Part shown: positions 50,101 through 61,562 of the stretch, in pieces | How the letters are laid out: every line of letters starts with the position of its first letter | Position numbering within the stretch: the first letter of the stretch is position 1 | Assembly (NCBI RefSeq): GCF_018350175.1 | Contig: NC_058368.1 | Location: 195,240,001 to 195,304,000 of the forward strand | DNA from: Felis catus | Lineage: Eukaryota | Direction: 5' to 3' | Length of the DNA stretch: 64,000 nt | Made by a program: the position numbers and the translations under genes | Notes under the pieces: generated by a model | The model's database searches: none | Seen by the model: only the letters and a program-made list of their open reading frames with translations | What the model was told of the DNA's origin: nothing

Positions 50101-51247
50101 AAACGCAGATTCTCTTGTTCCTCCAGAACTACTGAGTCATACTCTCGGAGGGTAGAGCGTGGCATCCTGTATTTTAAAACTCTCTCCAGCCGGTCCTGAT
50201 ATTCAGCCAGGTCTGAGAATTCCTGATCTCCATCATCTTCAATATCCCATCGAGTAATGACCTACTACAACGGAACTGCCAGCATCAGAGAGTCTTAGAC
50301 TTAGAGCACAACAGACTCTTAGGATCTTGAAATGCCATGTGCCTCAGGCTTTCTGGTTCTTCCTTCTCCTCTTGGCTTTTATTCTCTCTCTTCAACAATC
50401 TGGGAGATCTGGGGCCTATACAGCTGCTCCCCTTGCTGGACAACTGATAAGCTTATCCACACTGAGGTTTTAGGGATTCAACAACTGAACTCACTTCTGG
50501 GGAAGGGAGTAATCTGTATAATGTAGCATTTCCCAAGGCAGGCCCACACAACGCTATTTCCAAGGGCTTTGAATAGGTGGTCCACATAAGAGGGTCCCCT
50601 GGTCAAACAAGCAGGAGGAACCCAAGTTTAAGTGAAGACTCCTTACTCTGCAACTGTGTGTTACCAATTGCTACAGGGCGACGTGCGTGCAGGACTTTAC
50701 AGAAGTTTGGGCCCTTTCCTTAATCGAAGGGTCCTCTCCACCTCTCACAGTGCTTCATATGGTTAAGAGCTTACTCAAATGGTTACCTTCCTAATGGTGA
50801 AGGAGACATCCTGAGGCAAATGACCTTTGTGGTATTCCTGAAATCACATATATATGCAGAATCGTCTCCAATTCTACCTCCTTCTTCCCCCAGTGATGTC
50901 AAAAATAACACAGAAACTAAGTAGGGTAGAAATTTTCATGTCCACACATTTCATTGGTTACATTTCCAGCTTGATTCTTGCTTTCTTACTGGTTTGGGCT
51001 CACAGTTCCTCCCTCAAGCTGGGACCCAAGGCAAGAGTTTCTGGGGCCAAAAGAAAGCGTGCAAGGTGATGGCCCGTGTCTAGCTGCATGGCCCTGGACA
51101 AGTAACCCCCCACCCCCAAGAAGCCTCATTCTTTCATCTATAAAATGTGAGCAATGTCACCCAAGGGTTGAATGAGACAAAAGTCATTGGAGGGGACTCC
51201 AAGGGGACCTCTTCATAAGGAGTTGACATCTCTGGTTGCTTCTCTAG

Positions 51248-51393
51248 GTACCGCCACAAGGTTCAGTGGTCAAAGCTTTGGACGGTACCGTCTTCCAGAG
51301 GCTCAGAACTGGCACATCCGGTTCCGTCTGAAAACACTCCAATCACAGGCTGTTCTCCTGTTCAGCAATGAGACAGTGTGTATCTCCCTGAAG
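51248..51393 (+). CDS. FAT2: FAT2 coding exon 19 (laminin-G start)
   Basis: ctag|GTACCG ... CTGAAG|gtaagg; 146 nt; [10 protein letters not shown]...ISLK. Confidence 0.95.
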
Positions 51394-51954
51394 GTAAGGC
51401 ACTACTGCCTGAGGGATTTCACGTGGGTGTGCCAGGCTGTTGGGGGGCAGCAGGGGGAAGAGCCAAGAAGCCCAGTTTCTGGCAAAGAAAATCCTGCATG
51501 GTTTCCAGGGATGATAGTGTGACTACTGAGTTAAGATGCAAGGCCTTCCACTTGTGAAGGCCAAAGCCCCCAACCTGGAGATCTACATCCAAGGACAACC
51601 AGAGGTCAGACTGCTCTGTGGGAGGAGAGAGAGCCTCTGAAGATAGAGGGAGAAATGGATGAGGCCACCTGGCCAGGGTGGTTTTTTGTTTGTTTGTTTG
51701 TTTGTTTTTGTCACTTTTGCTGAGTAACAGACAAGTGTTTCCCAAGATGGGTGGGAGGCTGGCTACACCAAGGTGCTCAAGGCTACAAACCCAGCATTAA
51801 GTTACATGGACTCACATGGAAGAAAAGTGAATTTTTTCAGTCCCTCTGATTACATCTCATAGGACATCTCAGTTTGCCTGCCTCCAACACTCAAGCCAAT
51901 CTCCCAGGTTGACAAAGAAAAAGACTTTGGCAGCTAGTTAGAAATTATTATGCC

Positions 51955-54010
51955 ATAAACATTTAGTGACCATCTACCTAGTGACAGGCACTGCTCTAGA
52001 TGCTTGGGTCTCATTGGTGAATAAGACAAAAATCTCTCTCAGAGTTTTCACCCTATAGGGGGAAGAAAGACAATAAATATAAATATAATGGCTCAAAAAA
52101 TATAGTTTGTCCAAATGTGATAAGTGCATTGACTTAAAAAAAAAGGATAAGGGGGATCAGGAGGGTGGGGGGTTGCAGTTTTAAGTAAGGTGATCAGGGA
52201 AGGCTTCACTGAGTTGATAAGTGAACCATAATGTGAAGGGGGTGAGGGTAGACTTCTGGAGGAACAGCATTCTAGGGACAGGGAATAGCAATGCAAAAAC
52301 CTTTTGGTAGAAGAATGCTTAGCATGTTTAAGGAACAGCCCAGAGATTAGTAATAGGAGTCGAAGTCAGATATATAATGGGATGAGGGAATACCTATAAA
52401 GTTCTCATAGGCCACTTAAGGGCTTCAGCTTTTATTCCAAGCAAAATGGAGGGCATAAGAAGGTTTGAACAGAGAATTGACATGATGTGACATATTCAAA
52501 AGGGTCGCCATGGCTCTGGTTGATAAGCAACTTTAGAGAAACAAGGATAAAAGCAGAGGGAACCAGCCAAGAGCCTATTGCAATAATTCAGGTGAGAGAT
52601 GGTGGTGGTCTAGATCAGGGTAATGACAGTGCAATGGGAGGAAGGGTTCAGAATCGGGTAGATTTTTGAAGGTAAAGCCAACAGGATTTCCTGACGAATT
52701 GAATGAGGGCTGGGAGAGAAAGCAAGGAGTAAGTTTCAGCCTGAGTAACTAGAAGGAATGGAGTGGCTGCCAACAGACCCTGGGAAGGCTATGGGTAGAA
52801 CAGGTTTGGGGAAGATTGATAGCTCAGATTTGGAGGTGTAAGTCTGAGATGCCTATTGAACTTCTAAGTGGAGCTGGATAAACAAGTATAGTGTCTGTGA
52901 GAAAGGTCTGGGGTAGAGATGAAGATCTGGGAGCATTCGGCATATACTTAGTATCGAAAGCCATGAAACTGAGTGAGATCACCAAGGAGTGTAGATTGGA
53001 AAAAAGATTAGACCAAGGATTCATCCTTGTGACACTTCAACATCGAGAGGCCTGGGGGAAGAGGAGGATCCAACAAAGGAGACTGAAAAGGTGCAGCCAG
53101 TGATGTGGGGGGGAAACCAAGAGTATCGTATCCAGGAAGCTGAATGAAGAACACGTACCATGAAGGAAGGAGGGACCAGCTGGTAATGTGCTGCTCTGAG
53201 AGGTTAAATGAGATGGGAAGTGATATTAATCATTGGATTTGACAACACAGAGGTCACTGAATACCCTGAAACCAGTGGTTTCTGTATCATGGTGGATGGT
53301 GGGTAGAATTTTGCTACAAAGAGGGAGCAAAGAAAGTGATATCTCATGGGAGAAGTGGGTTCAAGACATTTTTTTTTTAAGATTAGAGCAATAACAGCAT
53401 TTTTGTGATGACTGGAATGGCACAGTAGAGAATGAACAATTTGTGATGTAGAAAAAAAGAAAGAGTTGATGGAAACTCACCCTTGAGGAGGTAAGGGGGT
53501 TGTGATCTAGTGCATGAATGGAGAGACTGGCCTCCACCAAGGTGGGGAGATGTGATGGTAAGAGTCCAATAAGTCCCAACCTGGTTGCTAAGAGCAAGGA
53601 TGGGGAGGGGAGAATCAGAAGTCTCAGGAGGGAGAAGTTGTGAGAATAGTCATCTGGGAGAGTAAACCAACTATGGAAGATAGCACCATAATTAGGCACC
53701 ATGAAGGGCTCATTTGAAACTCACAGTCATGAAATTAAAGAGAGGTCAATAAGCAAGCCTGAATGTTTTTCTCCCGCCATGTTTACCTCCACGATGCTCA
53801 CATACAGTTGGGGGACGGCTGGACTTTACCAGATTTGTGGGTTTGCCAAGTGACTTCTACCAAGAAAGAGAGGACAGGAATTTGGCTATGGAATTTAAAC
53901 TGGATAAGGAGACAAGTGAGGACCTTACAGAGGTCGAGAGACAATGGAAAGATGATGGGACCAGTAGATTTGTGGTCCTAACCAAGTGAAAGGAGTGATT
54001 TAAGGACAAT
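51955..54010 (-). mobile_element. Long L2 relic (about 2 kb)
   Basis: Starts with the reverse complement of the L2 3' end (aaacatttagtgaccatctacctagtgacaggcactg), followed by a purine-rich L2 body. Confidence 0.7.
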
Positions 54011-54259
54011 GTTTTGAGTCTACATTCTGTAGTAATAGTAAGTTTCCTTTTTAAGTATATAATGGTATAGGTAGTATTCAAGCAGGGCAAAAATTGGGGA
54101 AGTGGGGTACAAACAAGCAGCTACTTTCTATAAAACACTGGATTGGATTTTCAAATTTCACCCAGAAAAAGCTCTACATAGCCGAGTAAGCAGAAGTTCT
54201 ATCTCTTGGCCACAGTAGTCCTATTTCTTGGGCTGAGGTAAACTAAAATGATTTAACCT

Positions 54260-54957
54260 AGTGTTTTCTCAGATTTCTTGATTTCAGGACTTTTCACACT
54301 CTTAAAAATAATTGAAGATCCTAGGGAAGTTTTGTTTATGTGGGTTACAGCTATCACTATTTTCAGTATTAGAAATTAAAACTGAGAAATGTTAAAATCT
54401 TTATTTATTAATTCATTTAAAAAGAGGGGCGCCTGGGTGGCTTAGTCAGTTAAGCGTCTGACTCTCAGTTTCAGCTCAGGTCATGATCTCACTGTTCATG
54501 AGTTCAAGCCTCACATCAGGCTCTGTGCTAACACTGTGGAGCCTGCTTGGGATTCTCTGTCTCCCTCTCTCTCTGCCCCTCCCCTGCCCTCTCTCTGAAA
54601 AATAAATAAACTTAAAAAAAAATAAAAATAACAAGAAACTTATTACATGTTAACACAACTACCATATTTTTGTGAATAATAATTACATTTCCAAAATTAA
54701 GAAAAAAGAAGAGAGTGGCATTGTTTTACATTTTGCATATCTCTCTTACACATGTATGGCTCAACAGTAGGCAGCTGGATTTTTAGATGTACCTCTGTGT
54801 TCATCAGTTGTGGTAGCACATGTCTGGAAGTCCCCACCGTATATTCGTGAGAGAATGAGAGGAGAAAAGGCAAATAATGTCTTAGGATTATTATAAAAAT
54901 GGTCTCCCTCTGTGGATCCTCTTGAAAGGTCTTAGAGACCTACTTTGATTACAGTGG
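54260..54957. mobile_element. Charlie1-type hAT transposon relic
   Basis: tcaggacttttcacactcttaaaaataattgaagatcc...ttttgtttatgtgggtta...gcaaataatgtcttaggattatta matches recalled Charlie1 ends. Confidence 0.65.
54426..54625 (+). mobile_element. CAN-SINE (older type) inside the Charlie1 relic
   Basis: ggggcgcctgggtggcttag head, cctgcttgggattctc, A tail. Confidence 0.9.
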
Positions 54958-55364
54958 AACTGTTGAAGAAGGCGGGGGGGGGGGGTGAGGGAGGTTTTTG
55001 GTGTCCCTGAAGGCCAATGTTGAGGAATGTACTACAAAGGCCTGCAAAGAAGAATCCAAAAGACACGGTCTCAGTCAGCAAGGTATCTCTGGGCCTCAGT
55101 TTCCTCATCTGTGAAAGGAGATGCCATCCCTACCCAGATCATCCATGGAGTGTGGTAAGGGCCAAATGAGACCATAGACAGAAAAGTACTTTGAGGGCTT
55201 TTATACTCCACAAAGACAATGTCTAAAACAGCCTTAAAAGTCACCAAACGCTACCTCCCTGACCCATGAAGACACAAACGACATTCTTTGCCCGGGCAGC
55301 TTGTTAGCAGCGCTCTTCCAAGGACTTCTTGGCTTTGCTGATGGCATATGGGCTTTCTTTGCAG

Positions 55365-55806
55365 CTGGTCGATGGAGTGCTCCAGCTGGAATACCGTTGC
55401 CCAGGTGGTTTCTATGGAAATCTTTCCTCCTGGCTCCATGTGAATGACCAAGAGTGGCACTCCGTTGTGGTGGAGGAGACAGACACTTCCCTTCGCCTCT
55501 TGGTTGACAGATCCAGCGACACCTCCCTCATGCTCCCAAAGAACTGCCGGGGTCTCAGGCCTGAAGGGGACCTCTTTCTGGGTGGCCTTGTTCTCTTGAG
55601 TTCTTCCCCAAATGTGTCCCAGGGCTTCAAAGGCTGCCTGGATGCAGTTGTGGTCAATGGAGAGGCACTGGAGCTGCTGGTCCATGGCAAGAAGGCATCA
55701 GGCTTGCTGGAAAGGCAGGCCCTCACCCAGTGCTGCGTGCACAGTGATGACTGCAGCCAAAACCCATGTCTCAATGGCGGAAGGTGCTCACAGACCCGTG
55801 GGGCAG
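55365..55806 (+). CDS. FAT2: FAT2 coding exon 20 (laminin-G and EGF1 start)
   Basis: gcag|CTGGTC ... GGCAG|gtaagg; 442 nt; includes [15 protein letters not shown] and [12 protein letters not shown]. Confidence 0.96.
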
Positions 55807-57682
55807 GTAAGGGCTGGAAATGACTCCAAGGCTTATCCCAGGAGGCTCTTCAGAAGACCCTAGCCTGTTGACCTAGCAATCATATATCACTGAAGAGTTT
55901 ACAAAGTATGTTCCTTCAGCACAGCGCCATGAGGGAGAGAGGGCGTTGGAACAAAGTCACCAATGGCTCAACTTTACAGCACAGGAAACTGCTGGGTTGT
56001 GTAAGGGATACCCAGATTGGTGAAAGGCACATGGCTGTCAGGGGAGAGAGGCATGTTTGGGGTGTAGATCCCAGTGGAGCACTCCTGCCCTCTGATTCCA
56101 AATGTCTCTCTCCTCCCCTTCCTATCTCTTGAGTAACGGGTTGGGATCTGCTAGGTTTACACCACGGGGAGGCAGGAGTCTTTGTTCTTCCTCAACAAGG
56201 ACTGACTTGTTTGGATGAGACAGGCACGAACAGGGACCTCTGGTGCCACAGGTTGAGTTCATCATACACCGTAGGGTTAACATTGGTCGGTGCCAAGTTT
56301 CTCTTTTTTATTGCCTTTTAATCTATACTCAGCTGCCTTTCCGCTTCCCCAAGCCCATAGGCAAGGATTTAAAGTTTTTAAATGAGTTCTTGCAAACTGT
56401 ACATTATTGGTTTTGCACATGCTTAAATTTCTGATTATGTAAGTGATACGTAACCTTTTACACTGGTCCATCCACGCTGCCACAGTTCGTATCCATTGCC
56501 ACAGTACCCCAGCGTGCCCACGCGCCCTCATTCTCTCCCTCTCCACTCAGCTAGCGGCGAGCACCCTGGTGCCTTCAACATCCCATCTCCATCAACAATG
56601 CTGCATGAATATCCTCACACGTATCTTCTTGGGAACCTGCAGGAGAACTTCCTCCAACACGCACACACACATCACGCCCAGGGATGGGATTCGCATGCCC
56701 AGAGAATGCAGATCATCATTTTGACTCAATAGGGCCAAATCGCTCTTCAGCGTGGCCACACAGCCTGCACTTTCGCCAGCAGGGCATGAGGCTCCTATAT
56801 CTCTGTCAACACTCGGCATCCTCCCGTTTTCTCATGTTTGCCCGGGTGATAGGACTGTCGTTTCCACCTGCGAAATATCGAAGGAGGCCAGCCCTCCTGT
56901 CTGGCCGCACTACCAGGCAGCTGTTATCTTTCGCCCTTGTGCGAGCTGCCTCCCTGCTCTCTCATTTCTCTGCCCCCACCTGCGTTTTCCAGCAGGGCTC
57001 CAGAGGGATCTTTATACAAAGCAGGTCTGAGTGCATCCATTTCCTGCTTGGAACCTTGCAGTGGCTTCCCCTTGCTGTTAAGATGGAGTCCTAACTCCTA
57101 ATTCCTGCATCAGGCTCTTGGCGGTGCTCTGGCCCCTCCCACCTCCCTGGCCCTGCAGCTCCCACTGTCCCTTGGCTCCCTAAGCTCTGTTGTCCAATGG
57201 TGATGACTATTCTACACAACTGGTTCAATAGGTTGGAGTCCCAAATTTGCCATTTACCTCCTGTGTGAGCGCGAACAAGCGTCATATGTTCTCTGTGCCT
57301 CATTTCCTCACCCGCCATCAACCTGTACCTGTTGAGGATGACATAACCAGCTTCAGAGTTGTTATGAGGCTCAAATGGGCTAACACTTGAAGATTCTTAG
57401 AACGGTGACCAGCACTGAATAAGCGTTGTCTGGGACGATGAGAAGGATATCCACCCCTATTCTTCAGATGCCGGTCCTCCGAAGACTATAAGTTGTGTGA
57501 GGGCAGGGAATCACGTCTTCTCACCCAGCAGGGCAGCACACGGTGCTCGTCACAGAAGGAGGCATTCAATAACTAAACGTGAACACGTGGGTCTGCAAAC
57601 ATGCCGAGGCCTCCCCTCTGTCCCGGAGGGCCTCTCAGCCTGCAGCTGCCTGACTGTCCCCCCTCTCCTCCCTCCCTCCCAG

Positions 57683-57836
57683 GGTATGTCTGCAGGTGTC
57701 CCCCACAGTTCTCTGGGAGGCACTGTGAACAAAGAAGGGAAAACTGCACTGTGACACCGTGCCTGGAAGGTGGCACTTGCATCCCCTCCCCTGAAGGAGC
57801 CTCCTGTAACTGCCCTCACCCTTACATGGGAGACAG
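57683..57836 (+). CDS. FAT2: FAT2 coding exon 21 (EGF repeats)
   Basis: ccag|GGTATG ... GACAG|gtaagc; 154 nt; [16 protein letters not shown]...[10 protein letters not shown]. Confidence 0.96.
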
Positions 57837-57999
57837 GTAAGCATAGGGGAGGCCACCTGCCATTGGCTCCTCACCCTGGGTTTGGCCCCCTGAGGGAATG
57901 AATGACGTCTGACCTCCGGAGAAGCCAATGGGAGACCAGGAGTGGAGTGTTCCAGCGACCTGGCTTCTTGGTCTTTTCCATGGGTGAGGCTTCTCCCTC

Positions 58000-58160
58000 C
58001 AACCACCTGCATCAGAGCACTCAGAGGAGAGTTCTTATTAAGATTTCTCAAGCCTTATTCTGAACCCACTGCATCAGACTCACTAGGCGGGGGTTCACGA
58101 ATCTGCACTTCTAATCAGCTCCTCAGGCTTTTCTAATCTTTGCCGAAGTCTGAACATGGC
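58000..58160. mobile_element. MER5-like fragment
   Basis: accacctgcatcag...gaatctgcacttctaatcagctcc...aagtctgaac. Confidence 0.5.
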
Positions 58161-59349
58161 TAAAGTTCTTACTCTCTTGCTCTGGACCGCGACTTCTCAG
58201 AAAGTGGCCCGGGGACAATGACTCCTCTAGACAAATGACTCCACATTGTCCACTAGGACAATGACGCACTGTTGTGGGTCTCGAACCCCACTGTAAGCAA
58301 CCTGTGCCTTGTATTATGTTGGCCTGGGGGAGTCCAAGAATCCTCAGATCCCTAGAATCCTAGAGGTAAAGAGGCCTGGCAATTATCTAGGTTTATGGCT
58401 CCCCAGCTTGGGAGCCTTTAAAAAATCATCAGGGATACTTGTGGAAAATACAGATTTCTGGGCCTACTATATCAGAATATCCAAGGAGTGAGGCCTGGGA
58501 TTCTAATTAGAACAAGCTTCCAAGGGATCCCCTTGCTGTCAGTGTGTGCCTAAGATAGCCACTGATGTAGTTCACCCACTCACTTTACAGATGGGAAACT
58601 GAGGCCCAGAGAAGGAAAGGGCCGGTCCAAATCCCTCCACGTGTTTATGACCCAAGTCCTTTCTCTCAGCACCTGGCATTTCTGGCCTCACAGCACACCT
58701 CTCTGCAGTACATGTGCCACAGGGTACTTCCTGCCTGAAAGTGGGGTCTGCATTTTACAAGAGGAACTGGGGAGGACAATGTCTAACCCCAAAGGACAAA
58801 CTGTTGGTGGTGAAGTTTTAGACACTGGGACTCAAGCAGGTTGGAGGAAGCCTTTCCCAATATCCCTCAAAAGTGGACAAAACTGGCCACAGAAGCCTCC
58901 CTCCTATGAGCCTTGCTCCATGAAATGCCAAGCTGACGGTGATCAGAGACGTCATACAATTCCAAGTACTCTCTCTGAACAAGTTGTCCAATGTAAGGTC
59001 TGTGCAGGGTCACGTTGGGTTTCTGTGACCTCCTGAAGAACAGTGAGTAACACTGGCACCCTGTTGCCATGGCTGGGTGACTGCTGACTTGTAGCTGGGA
59101 CTCTGACATTATTGCTGAGGACAGCTGGGTATGTTGGTTGCCTCGACCACAGTATACGATTGGAAGTCTCACCTTAATGATGGAGAGTATATCCAAAACC
59201 TAGGTCTCATGAGTGGGAAATAATGGATGGGCCTAGAGCCTAGATTCCAAATCTAGGTCATGAATGAACATGTAACTGACTCCCACACCCTACTGGTGGA
59301 GGGTGGAAAGTTCTAAACTTGATACGTGTGATCATTACCAACCTTTGTC

Positions 59350-59373
59350 TTTTTTTTTTTTTTTTTTTTTTTT
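59350..59373. repeat. T24 homopolymer
   Basis: Read directly from the sequence. Confidence 0.9.
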
Positions 59374-59489
59374 GGTTGAAAATCGGAGAAGGTGGGCTTG
59401 AGTGTAGGAGTCCATAGATCTTTGTGAGAGGGGACACGGAAAGGGAAGTGTAGTGACTCAACCCCCCGACTACTTCTCTGTCTCTGCAG

Positions 59490-59947
59490 GTGTGAAATGG
59501 AAGCAAGGGGCTGCTCCGAAGGTCACTGCCTAGTCACCCCTGAGATCACAAGGGGGGACTGGGGACAGCAGGAGATTCTAATCATCATAGCGGCCCTACT
59601 GTTTATCGTTTTAAGCACAGTTGGGCTCCTCTTCTACTGCCGCCGTTGCAAGTCCCACAAGCCCGTGGCCATGGAGGACCCAGACCTCCTGGCCAGGAGT
59701 GTTGGTGTAGACACCCAAACTATGCCTGCCATCGAGCTCAACCCCCTGAGCGCCAGCTCCTGCAACAACCTGAACCAACTGGAGCCCAGCAAGACCTCAG
59801 GTCCAAATGAACTTGTCACTTTTGGACCCAGCTCTAAGCAACGGCCAGTGGTCTGCAGTGTGCCTCCCAGACTCCCACCAGCTGCAGTCCCTTCCCACTC
59901 TGACAATGAGTCCATCATAAAGAGGACATGGTCAGGCGAGGAGATGG
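59490..59947 (+). CDS. FAT2: FAT2 coding exon 22 (transmembrane helix and proximal tail)
   Basis: gcag|GTGTGAA ... GATGG|gtcagt; 458 nt; hydrophobic [21 protein letters not shown] followed by CRRCK. Confidence 0.96.
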
Positions 59948-61029
59948 GTCAGTATAGCCAGAGGCCCTCGGCCTCTGATATTGATGGAATACGGTTGTAG
60001 ACTTGAACACTCCATTACGTGACGCCACCATCCAGTCTATCCCTTTGGGATGGGATATGAAGGGATGTGTTCAAGGTCACAGTGCACTAGTGGGCTGGAC
60101 CAGATGCCAGGTCTCTGGCCTCAGACTCTGTGGCTCATTCCATTGCACCATGATCCCCTCATCCACATTTCAACTCATTCCAGAGGACTGATATCTATGG
60201 CAGAAGCCTGTAGACCCTGGATAGGGGTGAATGGGATCCTGGGGGTGAAGGGGGGGCGGGGCTTCTGTACCTTTAGGCTTTTCTTGAAAAAGGAAAGAGC
60301 AGTAGTCCCAGCTTCTGGCCATCCAGTCTGGAGGTACAGCAGCCTTGGGCCAGACCTGGCTGACTTACAGGAGGGACCTCTCACTTTTGGCTCACTAGGA
60401 GGTGAATTTGTAAAGTGCTGTATATTTTCTGGTTTATTCACCAATAGTTGAAACAGGTATTTTCATAAACTTTTTGCTGATAGGGTAATTTGGGGCTCAT
60501 AAAAACACAGTAACTTGTTCTAACTCACCCAACTATTTAGTAGCAAGGACAGAGCAAAGACCAAGGATGCCTGGTCTCCAATCTTCCAAGCCATATCTTA
60601 TTTAATCATGCTCTGTGATAGATGCCATCACACCCCCCAAACCGTGTGTCTGTTTCCTTCAGTCAAGGAGATGTAAGTTACCGGTAGGAGCTGGGATGGA
60701 GTCGCTGGCCCCAGCAGCGGGGTGTGGGCTGTGTGGAGTTGTCCATATTCTTCCCTCATTCACTGACTCTGGGATCATCGGCACATATTTGCAAGAGGAG
60801 CTGGCTTTGGGTTAAACCTCTGGCCGTGAAGTTGGCCGTATTGAATTCTAGATATCAACCTAAGCTGCCAGAGACAACACGATGTAGAAAGCCACATTAC
60901 CCGCCCCGCGCCCCCCCACTCTTTTGCCCATTTCTACCACATGCCGAATCATGTATAGTACCTATAAGGCCTGCGGAAACCTTTACCAGGGAAACTCAGA
61001 GCTCACCCTAACTTTCCATTTTCTTTCAG

Positions 61030-61562
61030 TGTGCCCAGCTGGAGCTACGGTCTGGCCCCCTACTTACTCCAGGAAGGAACGCTGGGAATACCCCCACTCT
61101 GAAGTGACCCCTGGCCCTCTGCCACCATCGCCTCACCGCCACCAGACCCCACCCGTGATGCCAGACCCCACTGGCCTCTATGGGGGCTTCCCCTTCCCAC
61201 TGGAGCTGGAAAACAAGCGGGCACCTCTCCCACCCCGTTACAGCAACCAGAACCTGGAAGATCTGATGCCCCCACGGCCCCCCAGTCCCCGGGAACACCT
61301 GCTGGCCCCCTGTCTCAATGAGTACACGGCCATCAGCTACTACCACTCACAGTTCCGGCAGGGAGGGGGAGGGCCCTGCCTGGCAGAGGGGGGCTACAAA
61401 GGGGTAAGTATGCGCCTCAGCCGGGCTGGGCCCTCGTATGCCGACTGTGAGGTTGGGGGCGGGCATCCCACCGGGCGGGGCCAGCCCCAGGCTCCCCCCC
61501 ACTACGAGGGCTCTGACATGGTGGAGAGTGATTATGGGAGCTGTGAGGAGGTCATGTTCTAG
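61030..61562 (+). CDS. FAT2: FAT2 coding exon 23 (cytoplasmic tail, stop TAG)
   Basis: ttcag|TGTGCCCA ... ATGTTCTAG; ends [12 protein letters not shown], as recalled for human FAT2. Confidence 0.97.

Noticed and set aside
1..61562. FAT2 as a pseudogene or with missing exons
   Set aside because: All 23 exons join in phase to 12,966 nt with a single terminal stop
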